Assembly: GCA_030603365.1 (NCBI GenBank)
Contig: JAUVXV010000007.1
Location: 32,001-96,000 of the forward strand
DNA: 64,000 nt
Direction: 5' to 3'
Source: Candidatus Heimdallarchaeota archaeon
GTDB taxonomy: Archaea > Asgardarchaeota > Heimdallarchaeia > Heimdallarchaeales > Heimdallarchaeaceae
Shown here in pieces: positions 47,308 through 57,629 of the stretch (the stretch's first letter is position 1; every line of letters starts with the position of its first letter). A program made the translations under genes and the position numbers. Under the pieces are notes generated by a model. The model had not been told where the DNA came from and did no database searches. It was given only the letters and a program-made list of their open reading frames with translations.

Positions 47308-48501
47308 ATGAGAATTAGATATTGTATTGATGAGAATAAATTAAAGGTTAGAATGATGATAAAAAAAACTTCAATTATGCTTCTTCTAGTTTTCACATCT
47401 TTAGTGATTAATCAGAATTCAATTAGAGGAGAGATTGAGCTCGATTTAATTCCTATAGATTTTAAATTTGTTCATGCAACAAGATCGGATTTAGGAGATC
47501 AAGTTCATGTAGAATTTAATGATACGCTCATGCCAGATAACCAAGTTTATGGTCCTGATGATGAAGTTTGGTTCAGTTTTACTATGGATGTTGCCGAATT
47601 CAGGTTGGATCCTCAACAAGAAGTTGATTATAGCCAGGCAGATTATTGGTTCTTTGCCGAAGAAGACGAATTTGGTGTTTATAATGAGACTAGATTCCAA
47701 GGTGTTCTTAATTTATATCTAGATAGAAATGATTTTGGTTTATCAAATATTCATAACTTCGGTGGAACAATAAACACAACTCAGGATTTATTACAATTCT
47801 ATTTAACTCCTGGTTGGCATTTACTAACAGTTTTTGCAGCTGAATACGTTTCTGATCCAACAAGAACTGTAATGTATTGGCAAACATCAAAGGATGAGAA
47901 ATGGTTCTATATTTCTGCAGATACGACAAGTGAACCCCCTGTAAGAGAAAGCTCAGAAGACACTGTTACAGTTAAAGCTAATCCTCTTAATAACACTGAA
48001 TGGAATCCTTCATTTGATTGGAACTTTCTTAATATCTGGCCACGAGCTGAGAGAACAGATGGAACATCTATAGAACAAACATTAAATCAAGAAGGACAAG
48101 TTGCTAGAGTAGAAGCCAATTATAATGTAACTACAAGCTCATTATGGCTAAATGAAACAAATGAGGAAGGAAGACCACAGGCAGTTTATTATGATTCTAC
48201 ACATATGGGTGAGGGGGGCATTTTTTGGTGGATAAATGATGGACCTGTTACAAGTGAACTTGAAACAAGTTTCGAGCTCAACAAAGGTGTTAACTTCATT
48301 TACTTTGCAGCTGTAGGTTTTAGAGTTTACTTCACATTGGTCTATGATCCATTACTTCTACCTAGAGCAGATGTAGATAGTAATGTGTTTATTGTAGAGA
48401 ATAATATTCCACTTCCATCACCATTTGGATTCGAAAGTTTTGTATTAGCTTTAGCAGTTTTTGCAACAATTAGTCTCTATGTAAAGAGGAAAAGAAATTA
48501 A
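47308..48501 (+). CDS. Secreted surface protein with PGF-CTERM-like C-terminal anchor
   Basis: Signal peptide after MMIKK (likely start 47353), beta-rich body, PSPFGFESFVLALAVFATISLYVKRKRN. Confidence 0.75.
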   Translation: MRIRYCIDENKLKVRMMIKKTSIMLLLVFTSLVINQNSIRGEIELDLIPIDFKFVHATRSDLGDQVHVEFNDTLMPDNQVYGPDDEVWFSFTMDVAEFRLDPQQEVDYSQADYWFFAEEDEFGVYNETRFQGVLNLYLDRNDFGLSNIHNFGGTINTTQDLLQFYLTPGWHLLTVFAAEYVSDPTRTVMYWQTSKDEKWFYISADTTSEPPVRESSEDTVTVKANPLNNTEWNPSFDWNFLNIWPRAERTDGTSIEQTLNQEGQVARVEANYNVTTSSLWLNETNEEGRPQAVYYDSTHMGEGGIFWWINDGPVTSELETSFELNKGVNFIYFAAVGFRVYFTLVYDPLLLPRADVDSNVFIVENNIPLPSPFGFESFVLALAVFATISLYVKRKRN

Positions 48502-48523
48502 AATCTTTTCTCTTCAAATTCTT

Positions 48524-48700
48524 TTATTTTTCGTTATTTTTCTTTTCAGATAATTGTAACCAGTTTCCTTCAATATCCTGAAATGTTGCGACAAGAGTTC
48601 GACTAACATCTCTTATTTTGTTTGAAGCATGTTGAAGCCGATTTAGATTACGACAAACCACCTGATGAAGCACCTTCCCTTTATGTTGAATAAATTTCAT
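48524..48700 (-). pseudogene. Possible VOC/glyoxalase-family remnant
   Basis: 58-aa frame ending ...VATFQDIEGNWLQLSEKKNNEK, matching the C-terminal F.DP.GN..QL motif; the N-terminal part is unrecognisable. Confidence 0.35.
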
Positions 48701-48823
48701 CTCCTGAAACAGTACTCAAAACTGAGAATTATGATTAATTTATTCACCTTTTCTTTTTTTTGAAATATTAATCAAAAGAAAAGTCTTAATTATATATTCT
48801 TTTTATTGAGGTTGTGATCATAT

Positions 48824-49960
48824 TTGAAAATCATAGTTTTAGGTGCAGGTTTAGTAGGAAACATAATTGCTTTGGACTTAGCGGAAAATCCTGAAAACAG
48901 AGTTGCTGTTGCAGATATAAATCAAAATGCACTCAACCAACTGAGTGAAAAAGCTGACATCCAAACAGTATTTGCGGATTTATCAAATAAAGACATGATT
49001 AAAGACATAATAGAAGAGTATGACTTAGTAATTGGTGCGCTTCCAGGTTTTATGGGTTATGAAACACTAAAAACTGTAATTGAAGCTGGAAAGAACACTA
49101 TTGATATTTCCTTCTTTGAAGAAGATCCCTTTAGCTTAGATGAACTAGCCAAAGAGAATAATGTGACAGCTGTAGTTGATTGCGGTGTTGCTCCTGGATT
49201 AAGTAATATTGTTCTTGGTCATGTTGATAATCTCCTAGATACTACAGAGAATTTTTTATGCTATGTTGGTGGATTACCTCAAGTAAGAGAATGGCCATTC
49301 GAGTATAAAGCACCATTTTCCCCGACAGATATAATTGAAGAATATACACGGTTAGCTCGATATATAGAAGATAGAGAAGTCGTTATCAAACCAGCTCTTT
49401 CAGATCCTGAATTAATAGAATTTCCAGAAATTGGAACTCTTGAAGCTTTCAATACAGATGGATTAAGAACACTCTTGAGAACCATGGATATTCCTAATAT
49501 GAAAGAAAAAACTATGAGATATCCAGGACATATTGAAAAGATGAGAATGTTAAGAGAAACAGGATTTTTCGATAAAGAACCTATAGAAATCAATGGCAAG
49601 AAAATAATACCTTTAGAGTTGACTTCTAGGCTTCTTTTTAAAAGCTGGAAAATGGAGAAAGGAGATAAAGATCTTACAGTTATGAGAATCATAGTAGAAG
49701 GGACAAAAGATGACAAAAATCTAAGATATGTTTATGATATGTTAGATATGTACGATGAGGAAAAAGAAACAATTTCAATGGCCAGAACAACTGGTTATAC
49801 TTGTACAGCAACAGCTGAACTTGTTGGAAAAGGAGCTTTTAATAAAAAAGGCATAATTCCTCCTGAAATTGTAGGTAAGAATCTCGAAGCATATGAATCA
49901 ATAATAGATTATCTCAAGGAAAGAAAAGTAGTTCTCCATGAAAGAGTAGAAGAGATTTAA
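48824..49960 (+). CDS. Saccharopine dehydrogenase / lysine 6-dehydrogenase family
   Basis: VLGAGLVG, ALPGFMG, DISF, DCGVAPGLSN, VGGLP, EAFNTDGL.TL, EKTMRYPGH, SMARTTGY. Confidence 0.92.
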   Translation: MKIIVLGAGLVGNIIALDLAENPENRVAVADINQNALNQLSEKADIQTVFADLSNKDMIKDIIEEYDLVIGALPGFMGYETLKTVIEAGKNTIDISFFEEDPFSLDELAKENNVTAVVDCGVAPGLSNIVLGHVDNLLDTTENFLCYVGGLPQVREWPFEYKAPFSPTDIIEEYTRLARYIEDREVVIKPALSDPELIEFPEIGTLEAFNTDGLRTLLRTMDIPNMKEKTMRYPGHIEKMRMLRETGFFDKEPIEINGKKIIPLELTSRLLFKSWKMEKGDKDLTVMRIIVEGTKDDKNLRYVYDMLDMYDEEKETISMARTTGYTCTATAELVGKGAFNKKGIIPPEIVGKNLEAYESIIDYLKERKVVLHERVEEI

Positions 49961-50016
49961 TTACTTTTTTACCAAAAACATTTAACACTTTCCTTTTATT
50001 ATTATCTTAGTAGATA

Positions 50017-51075
50017 ATGAATTCAGTGTCAAATCCTTGTTCTATGGTTAAACAAGGTTTTCCCGCAGGTTCTTGTTTGGTTCAGACTAGTTCTTTAGAG
50101 AAAGGAAGAGCTTGTGATTTAACTTTAAGAATTAATGAAGAAGGGGGTTACGAGAGAGTGATAAAATCTATCCATCTTTCTAGACCTGAAGACTATCTCT
50201 CAATTTACCAAAGTGGATGTAATCATACATGCAAGAAATGCCATTCTCATGAGTTCAGTAAGCATGTTAATGGAGATTGGATGAGTAGTGATGATATTGC
50301 AAATAAAGCGATAGAATACGCAAGACATGTTACTGTTTATGAACCTAAAGAACGAGCAACCAGCTGGCATGCCCAACAGCTTTGTAAACATTGTGGATCA
50401 TGTGTCCTTACTGGTGAGTACTCTCCAAAGTGCCCAAGAAAACTAAAGAAGGAACAAATAGTGTTGAGCCCTCAAGGTTTTGGACCAGCAAGAAACATAA
50501 TTGCTTTTACTGGTGGAGACATAATGTGTAAACCAGAATTCTATACTCAAACAGCTGAAAAAATCAAAGCTGAAGAGGAGAATCTATTGATATTATTGGA
50601 GACTAATGGGTATGGTTTAACACCAAAGAATCTAGAGAAATTCGCTTCAGCTGGTATAGATTCCTTCTGGTTGGATATTAAAGCATATTCTGAAAGTATA
50701 TATCAAAATCTCTGCGGAACAACAAACAAACATATTTTAGAAAGTGTTCAAAATATCAAAGATTTAGGGTTTACACTCGAAATATTAACTCTTTTTATTC
50801 CTTCAATTGTAGAAACGGACGAACATAAGAAAATAGCTAAACTAATTGTTGATGTAGATGCAACTATTCCTACAACTTTACTTGCTTTCTTTCCTTGTTT
50901 TGAACTTAACAGTCCTTTATACAGGGGACCTAATGTTTCTGAAATGGCTAAAAGTTTTGAGATTATGAAAGAGATAGGAGTAAAAAACCTTCGAATGGGT
51001 AATTTAGGGGTTTTCATGAAGAATCAGAAAGATATGGATTTTCTCGAAACAAAATTTGGGAAAAATTTCTACTAA
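50017..51075 (+). CDS. Radical SAM protein (PFL-activase-like) with Cys-rich insertion
   Basis: GCNHTCKKCHS (CxxxCxxC), AFTGGD, LETNG, DIKA, extra CKHCGSC...CP. Confidence 0.88.
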   Translation: MNSVSNPCSMVKQGFPAGSCLVQTSSLEKGRACDLTLRINEEGGYERVIKSIHLSRPEDYLSIYQSGCNHTCKKCHSHEFSKHVNGDWMSSDDIANKAIEYARHVTVYEPKERATSWHAQQLCKHCGSCVLTGEYSPKCPRKLKKEQIVLSPQGFGPARNIIAFTGGDIMCKPEFYTQTAEKIKAEEENLLILLETNGYGLTPKNLEKFASAGIDSFWLDIKAYSESIYQNLCGTTNKHILESVQNIKDLGFTLEILTLFIPSIVETDEHKKIAKLIVDVDATIPTTLLAFFPCFELNSPLYRGPNVSEMAKSFEIMKEIGVKNLRMGNLGVFMKNQKDMDFLETKFGKNFY

Positions 51076-51111
51076 ATTGTAAAACAAATTGACAAAACAT
51101 ATAAATTCTTA

Positions 51112-52509
51112 ATGAACTCTTCATTGAGTAGCATGATTAAGCCATTAACAGCGATTCTTATTGGGGCTGGAGAGAGGGGGGCTGATGTTTTTGGAGAATA
51201 CGCTTTGAGAAACCCAGACGAAATAAGATTTATTGCAGTAGCAGAACCGCTGGATAAACGAAGAAATTCTTTTTCATCAAAACATTTTATCGAACAAAAA
51301 AATTGTTTTAAAAGTTGGGAACAATTATTTGAAAAGGACAAGTTTGCAGATGTTGTCATAGTAACAACACAAGATCAACTACATTTTCAACCAGCTATTT
51401 TAGCAATGAAAAAAGGATATGATGTTCTCTTAGAAAAACCAATGGCCACTACTTTAGAGGAATGTAAGGAATTGGTAAATGTTTCTGAAAAGACTAGTCA
51501 AATTCTGCAAATAGGTCATGTTTTACGATATACTCCTTTTTTCTCTTCTATCAACAACCTGATAGTTTCAGGGAAGATTGGTGATTTAGTAAATATTTCT
51601 CTCAGAGAAAATGTAGCTTCTTTCCACTATTCCCATTCTTTCGCTAGAGGTAACTGGCATAATAGAGATAAATCAAGTCCCATGATCCTAGCTAAATCTT
51701 GTCATGATCTAGATATTCTATTCTGGTATGCAAACTCCCGTGCAAGCAAAATAAGTTCTTTTGGCTCTCAAGCTCATTTTGGGAAGAGTAACATGCCTGA
51801 AGGAGCTCCAGAATTTTGTATTGAAGGATGTCCCATTTCTAAGAGTTGTCTATATCATGCACCTCGGATCTATCTAGATATAATTCCACTACTTCAGATT
51901 GCTAAACAAGGAAGTAAAGGATTTACAAGATTCATTGCTAAAGCAGTTTTGAGATTTCCTAGGTTGAAAAATATCCCCCCTTTCACCAAAATACGAGATT
52001 ATTCGGGTTGGCCTGTAAGTGCAATATCAGATGATTTGTCAGTTGAAGGAAAGAAGAAAGCATTGCAATCAAACAATTATGGTAGGTGTGTTTATAGAAT
52101 CACTGATCATGATACAGTAGATCATCAAGTTGTAAATGTAGAATTTGAAAACAAAGTAACGGCTACTTTCACTATGCAGGGTTTTTCTCATGAAGAAGGT
52201 AGAACATTAAGAATAGATGGAACAAAAGGCACAATAATTGGTGAATTTCTACATTCAGGAGATAAAATCACTTTCAATGATTCTTTGACTGGAAAGGAAG
52301 AAGTTATTCGTAAAACTGGAATGTCAGATGGTCATGGTGGTGGAGATGAAGGTATAATGAAAGCTTTCATTAGAAATGTTGGTGGGGAGGATAGAACAAA
52401 AGTTTTAACAGATGCAAGAGCATCTTTAGAATCTCATCTTATGGCGTTTGCAGCAGATATTTCAAGATTAGAAGAAAGGGTAGTTAAGATGGATGAAATG
52501 AGAAAATAA
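51112..52509 (+). CDS. Gfo/Idh/MocA family oxidoreductase
   Basis: IGAGERG, VAVAEP, LLEKPMA, GHVLRY, HSFARGNW, LAKSCHDLD, GHGGGD. Start probably the second Met. Confidence 0.92.
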   Translation: MNSSLSSMIKPLTAILIGAGERGADVFGEYALRNPDEIRFIAVAEPLDKRRNSFSSKHFIEQKNCFKSWEQLFEKDKFADVVIVTTQDQLHFQPAILAMKKGYDVLLEKPMATTLEECKELVNVSEKTSQILQIGHVLRYTPFFSSINNLIVSGKIGDLVNISLRENVASFHYSHSFARGNWHNRDKSSPMILAKSCHDLDILFWYANSRASKISSFGSQAHFGKSNMPEGAPEFCIEGCPISKSCLYHAPRIYLDIIPLLQIAKQGSKGFTRFIAKAVLRFPRLKNIPPFTKIRDYSGWPVSAISDDLSVEGKKKALQSNNYGRCVYRITDHDTVDHQVVNVEFENKVTATFTMQGFSHEEGRTLRIDGTKGTIIGEFLHSGDKITFNDSLTGKEEVIRKTGMSDGHGGGDEGIMKAFIRNVGGEDRTKVLTDARASLESHLMAFAADISRLEERVVKMDEMRK

Positions 52510-52571
52510 AGGATTAGTTTGACGATAAATACAAATAACCAAAAGAAATTATAGTTATAAGGGAAGAATGC

Positions 52572-53183
52572 TTGATGATACAAAATATAATTATAACACA
52601 TCATAGTGGGCTACCTCTTTTTGGACGATCGTTAATGTGCCATATAGGAGTGCATTGTGCAGATTTATCAAAGGATAACACATTTACAGATGAAACTTTG
52701 TTGAATTCTGCTCTATTAAATGCAATGCTTATTTTTGATCAAGCAAATCCTAATGATTTCCATGAATTTGAAATGGAAAAAGCAAAAACGCTAACATTTC
52801 CCACAGAAAAAATTACTGTTATAATGTATGCAGATCCAGAAGACAATTTAGAACAATATAAGAACAGATTAAGATTGTTTGCTGACTTGTTTACAAAGCA
52901 ATATGGGTATCTTCTAGATGATTTCTCCGGAGATGTCAGCCCATTTGGAGATTTTCAGAATATTATTGTAAAGGAAGGCTTACTTGAAGAAGGAGAAAGA
53001 TTCAGGAAAAATTGTGTTGAGTGTACTTATGACAAACATTGTGCATTTAGAATCACTGTTGCCGCACCCAATAAAACATTTAAAGAGATTTTTGATTCTA
53101 TTTATCCAAGTAGCATCTTCAAGAAAATGTGGTTGATTCTTATTGGTATGTTTAAGCCAAAATATTTTCCATTATATTCTTAA
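52572..53183 (+). CDS. Longin-like domain protein with Cys/His motifs
   Basis: IQNIIITHHSGLPLFGRS...L.SALL.AM..F...F..QY...L..F.GDVSPF..F pattern of Asgard longins; CHIGVHC and CVEC....HC. Confidence 0.65.
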   Translation: MMIQNIIITHHSGLPLFGRSLMCHIGVHCADLSKDNTFTDETLLNSALLNAMLIFDQANPNDFHEFEMEKAKTLTFPTEKITVIMYADPEDNLEQYKNRLRLFADLFTKQYGYLLDDFSGDVSPFGDFQNIIVKEGLLEEGERFRKNCVECTYDKHCAFRITVAAPNKTFKEIFDSIYPSSIFKKMWLILIGMFKPKYFPLYS

Positions 53184-54184
53184 TTAGCTTTATTCCTTTT
53201 GTTAGTTTTCTTATTCTTTCTATAATAAGGAGAACGAAATATAAGAAATAATTGTGCTAATGGACTAACCAAACCTATGAGGAATCTACGGAATTTTATA
53301 CGACTTTCGAACTCTTTTGCAAAGCCTTCCATCGTATATCTTTGATATTGTAAAATTCCTTGAGAATCGTCAGTATACAACCAGTCTGTGTGAAACCAAT
53401 CTTTATCATGTTGAGGTTCTTTAAAACATTCTCTGGGGATAGGACCAACTCCAAAAGATTTTAACAATCTTGTTATATATTCACCAGCAAGCATTTGACA
53501 TTTTTCTCCCCCTGCTAAATTCATTATTTTGTGATTGATATCTACATTAATTGCATTCACACATGCTAACCCAACATCCCAAGTATGAATAAATTCTAAT
53601 CGTTGATCGAAAGGTACTTCAAACATCAGAGAAGGTATTTTCATTGGCATTCTGAGTGAAGGAACAGCTGTTAATCGCAAAATTATCCAATCTAAGGAAC
53701 TTGCTTGAAGAATTTTTTCCATTTCCCATTTCTGAAAAGCATAAAGATCATGAGAGATAGGTACTATTTCATCTGTAACATATCTTGGGGGAGGCATATG
53801 CATTTTAGAGCCATAGATAGCTAAAGAACTAGTAAAGATGATTTTAGGTTTCTTCTCAAGTTTTTCAGCTGCATCAACAAGATTCTTCATACCCCCTGCA
53901 TTAACCTCGGTAGCATAATCTGGATTTTCATCAGCTTCGGGAGGAATAATTGCTGCTAGATGGATTACATAATCCACGTCTTGTACGATTCTTTCTACAT
54001 CTGTTTTGTTTCGAATATCTCCCCAAATAGTCTTAAAATTACCTTTCTTTGACATGATTTTTTGAATTTTTTTAGTATGTTTAGTCTTCTTATCAAAACA
54101 TCTAACATCATATCCACGTTCTAATAGAAGTCCTAGTGTACTCTCACCTACATTCCCAAATGGACCTGTTAATAAAATCTTCAT
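53180..54184 (-). CDS. Extended SDR (NAD-dependent epimerase / 3-beta-HSD-like)
   Basis: LLTGPFGNVG, WGDI, VIHLAAIIPP, FTSS.A.YG, Y...K (YAFQK). Confidence 0.88.
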   Translation of the reverse strand: MKILLTGPFGNVGESTLGLLLERGYDVRCFDKKTKHTKKIQKIMSKKGNFKTIWGDIRNKTDVERIVQDVDYVIHLAAIIPPEADENPDYATEVNAGGMKNLVDAAEKLEKKPKIIFTSSLAIYGSKMHMPPPRYVTDEIVPISHDLYAFQKWEMEKILQASSLDWIILRLTAVPSLRMPMKIPSLMFEVPFDQRLEFIHTWDVGLACVNAINVDINHKIMNLAGGEKCQMLAGEYITRLLKSFGVGPIPRECFKEPQHDKDWFHTDWLYTDDSQGILQYQRYTMEGFAKEFESRIKFRRFLIGLVSPLAQLFLIFRSPYYRKNKKTNKRNKAN

Positions 54185-54480
54185 AAACTAATCCTCTGGC
54201 TAGGTTTCAGAGACAAAAGTTCTTTTATTTAATATTTGCTCTGAAATGATTTTGGTTTTTTAGAATTAGTATTCCAATAAAAGAAAAATGAAGGAAGAAT
54301 GAATACTCTAGTAGTGATGGTGTGATAGTTAAATTTCCTTTTTTCTTTTTTTTAGTTTTTTGTTAGACAGTCCCAAACACTTTAATCTCATCATTTTTAT
54401 CGGATTCCTTCTCCTGTGCAAAAGATTTAAATTCCATAAGTGTATAGTTTAACGATTCAATCATCTTGATAGGTTAGAAT

Positions 54481-55743
54481 ATGAAAAGGCAATCAAAACA
54501 ATCCAAAGTTTCAATTAGAAGATTTTTGTGTGTTTTATTTTTAATTTTAGGAATAAGTATATTCTCAAGTATGAGAGTAAATTCTACAACTATACCTTCT
54601 AACCCACCATCTTACTCCTCACTTACCCCACATGATCCTATATCCATTAGTTCTGATAGTTACTTTGCGATTTTTCCAGGAACAGGAACGAAAGAAGATC
54701 CTTATGTTATTGAAGGATATGAAATTATAACATCACAAAATAGAGGTATTTATATCACTGGCACAACGAAACATTTTACTGTTCGTAACTGCTATGTTGA
54801 AGCAAGATGGAGTGGCATTTATATCGGTACTGTAGCTGATGGAACTGCAACTGTCATCAACAACACTTGTAACAACAATGAAAACGGCATCAATCTTCAC
54901 TCTTCTGATTGTGTCGTTACTTACAATCTTGTACAAAAAAATATAGACTATGGAATCTGTCTATCTTCTTCTGCTGACAACAACATTATTCACCATAATA
55001 TTTTCGTAGATAATAACTTAGGAAGTTCTTCTCAAGCTATTGATAATGGAAAGAAAAACAAATGGTATGACACTGAGACAAAAGAAGGGAATTATTGGTC
55101 AGACTTGGGAGATGAATGTACATATAAAATTGATGGTGATGCTCATTCTAAAGATTTATATCCATTAAACAGAGCACAATCTTGCCTAAATCCTATTACT
55201 ATGACAATACTCACTATTGTCCTACCTTTACTAGTTGGAGTTGCTATTCTGGCGTTTGTAGTACCGAAGTATGCCATTCCCTATACTCGAAAAACCATCA
55301 TACCCTATTTTCGCAAAAGAAAAGCTGAAAGACAAGATCGAATAGCAAAATTGTTGTTCTGTCCTAACTGCAGGAATAGTGTTAAATTATCTTCAACATT
55401 CTGTGAAAACTGTGGAACAACTCTTCCAAAGAGAAAGAGATTCGTACTCAGCAGAAAAAGAATGTTACTCTATAAAAGTAAATTAATAGAAAGTTCTAAT
55501 GAAGAATTGATGAAACAGCTGATAATTAATATTGTCATAGCTATTCTTTTTGTATTGGTAATCTCTACTGAAATAGTTTTTGTGATAATTCTGGGGGGTT
55601 TTTTAGCTGCTCATGGTGGGCCTGGTTTTTTAATCGGAGGAATTATTTTAGCACCAATCTTGATAATGCCGCTCATCTTTTTCACCATTCCTAGATTTGC
55701 TGCTTTATTGTCAGAGAAAAAGACAAGGAGAAGAAAGAAATAG
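54481..55743 (+). CDS. Short NosD-type ectodomain, TM, cytoplasmic double-CxxC zinc ribbon, two further TMs
   Basis: HDPISISSD..FPGTGT..DPYVIEG, IHHN.F.DN, GNYWSD, TM, CPNC...FCENCG, two hydrophobic helices. Confidence 0.8.
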   Translation: MKRQSKQSKVSIRRFLCVLFLILGISIFSSMRVNSTTIPSNPPSYSSLTPHDPISISSDSYFAIFPGTGTKEDPYVIEGYEIITSQNRGIYITGTTKHFTVRNCYVEARWSGIYIGTVADGTATVINNTCNNNENGINLHSSDCVVTYNLVQKNIDYGICLSSSADNNIIHHNIFVDNNLGSSSQAIDNGKKNKWYDTETKEGNYWSDLGDECTYKIDGDAHSKDLYPLNRAQSCLNPITMTILTIVLPLLVGVAILAFVVPKYAIPYTRKTIIPYFRKRKAERQDRIAKLLFCPNCRNSVKLSSTFCENCGTTLPKRKRFVLSRKRMLLYKSKLIESSNEELMKQLIINIVIAILFVLVISTEIVFVIILGGFLAAHGGPGFLIGGIILAPILIMPLIFFTIPRFAALLSEKKTRRRKK

Positions 55744-55874
55744 TTCCTTTGCTACTCACAATAAGTATCTCTCGAAAAAGACGAAAAATAGAATAAGAAA
55801 CTACCATTTCTTTTTTTCCCACTTTTTATTTTTCCTCATTGATTTTTCTTCTGATAAAATACATTAAATAAGAG

Positions 55875-57629
55875 TTAGAAAAGATACTTCACTTTCCACT
55901 CTTTTTTAGGAAACATGTAATTGAAAGTGAAAACAAGAAGAACTAAGCAGACAGCTTCACAAGTGAAAATTAGCCAATATCCAACAACAGCTGAAAAAAT
56001 AAACATAACCATCATTAAAGATATTAGAAGTATAATAAGAACATATTTAGAGAATTTATATTATCCTCTGATTTCTTCAACGACATATTTGTGCTTGAAC
56101 TTACCAAATAAACGAACTTTTAGTAGAAGTCCAGCTACACCAATTATCGGAAAAACAGGTAAGAAGGATAAGGTAAGATACAGTGTTCCAATGAAAATGG
56201 GTGTTTTAATCATTACTAGAAGAGACAGAAGCATACCAATTACTATTGTTCCGAAGAAATATGGAATTTTAGATTTCATCTTGTCTCTTTCGTTGATTGG
56301 TAGAGCTGCCATGATTGTTTCTCCTCCCGTTTCTATAGTTGTTGTACTAACAATCATGGCCATTGTATTTGTCAGTACATAAATCATCATGATAATAAAA
56401 TATGCAGTTACTGTCGTGTTTCCATAGATTACATGAAAGTCTTCAACATAACCAGTAAGTGCAGTATAAATTGGCATCATAATCGGTAATATGAGAACAA
56501 CAATTTGTTGCATTTCTCTTGTGACAATTGAAAGATCACGTTTCATAAAAGCCCTAACTGGAGGAAGATTTTTAGTAGAAATGTCTTCTACTTTTGTTTT
56601 TCTTCTTATGATTTCCTTTCTTTTTATTTCAGGAGATGAAATGTTTCTTAATATAGTAAGAGCTTTTCTAATTACTAAGAAAGTAATTAAACAATAGAAT
56701 AAAAATCCAATAACAGAACCAACTATTGTTAGTGGGGCTACACCGTTAAAATCTAAAACAAACATTGATAGTAGATATCCACTTGAGAAAGGATATGGAA
56801 CAAACGAAAGTATGTTACTAATTAAGGTTGAATCTTTAATAGATAATCCGTTCAAGCCATAAAAAGCATCTAAATTCTGTATACCAATATTTACTGCTCC
56901 TATAATAAACATTGACACAAAGAAATAAGCAAACATGGTTCCAATTCGAATAAAACTTGCTTTTTTTGATGCAAAATCATACTCTTCCATCACAATAGCT
57001 AGTTTTCGTGATAAGATAACCAATATACCAATGTTAAAACATGTGTTAACCAAAGAAAGAACTATACTTATTAGAAGAATAGCAACTATTTTCCAGATAC
57101 TAATATAAGGTCCAATTGTCAAGCTTATAACTACAGTCATTCCAATCGGTAAGACAAGTGTCATGGCAATTAGTTGAACATTGATACTTCTAACGAAAGT
57201 TAGTAAACCTATTTTTTCGATTTCCTTTCTGCTGAATGGGAGTGTGTGTATCCATTCGTAAGGTCCACCAGACATTATTCCCCAAGCTAGCATTAAAGCA
57301 AATACAACCAGAATTACAAGTTGAACAAAGAAGAAGGCACCATTAACAATACCACTAGCAAAATTAAGCCATTCAAATGAAGAACCTTCAGATAATTGTC
57401 GATACATTGAAGAGACTGAAACAATAGGGATAAAAGTTAGTGAAGCGATATATATTGTTGCTAGAAATTTATAGATTATATCTGGAGATCTTGCTATTCT
57501 ATCTTTTTCAATTCTTTCCAGATATCTCTGCTGATTACTTCCAGCAGATTGAAGTTGAGCGTGAAGCACCGCTTCTTTATAGACTCTTTTAGAAGCTTTG
57601 TACAGTTCTTTATTTCTCAGAAGAATCAC
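55875..57629 (-). CDS. ABC exporter permease with an in-frame TAA at 56061-56063 ahead of the last two TM helices
   Basis: Multi-TM, LPFS motif, AFMKRDL. The same frame continues 61 codons past the TAA (YKFSKYVLIILLISLMMVMFIFSAVVGYWLIFTCEAVCLVLLVFTFNYMFPKK...) to TAA at 55875. Confidence 0.78.

Larger units (their letters stand above)
45648..47311 (+). pseudogene. Small Cys-rich protein gene interrupted by the tnpB element (segments 45648-45800 and 47234-47311)
   Basis: Joining ...TGT AAC ATC | ATA AAT AGT... gives an uninterrupted 76-aa ORF METAQEVC...QCYFC...YC...SGCNI-INSYLKNRK...SVK*. Confidence 0.75.

Noticed and set aside
44346-54184. Sterol biosynthesis cluster (ERG24-like plus 3-beta-HSD-like SDR)
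   Set aside because: The genes are about 8 kb apart with unrelated genes between, the SDR is generic, and no cyclase or epoxidase is present.
42340-56063. Selenocysteine or pyrrolysine recoding at internal stops
   Set aside because: The permease stop is TAA, and the TGA in the 42440 remnant is followed by a frame change rather than a conserved in-frame continuation.
55921-56382. 153-aa plus-strand ORF (likewise 46011-46445, 49279-49716, 61419-61751 and other short antisense ORFs)
   Set aside because: Antisense to well-supported genes, with no independent motifs.
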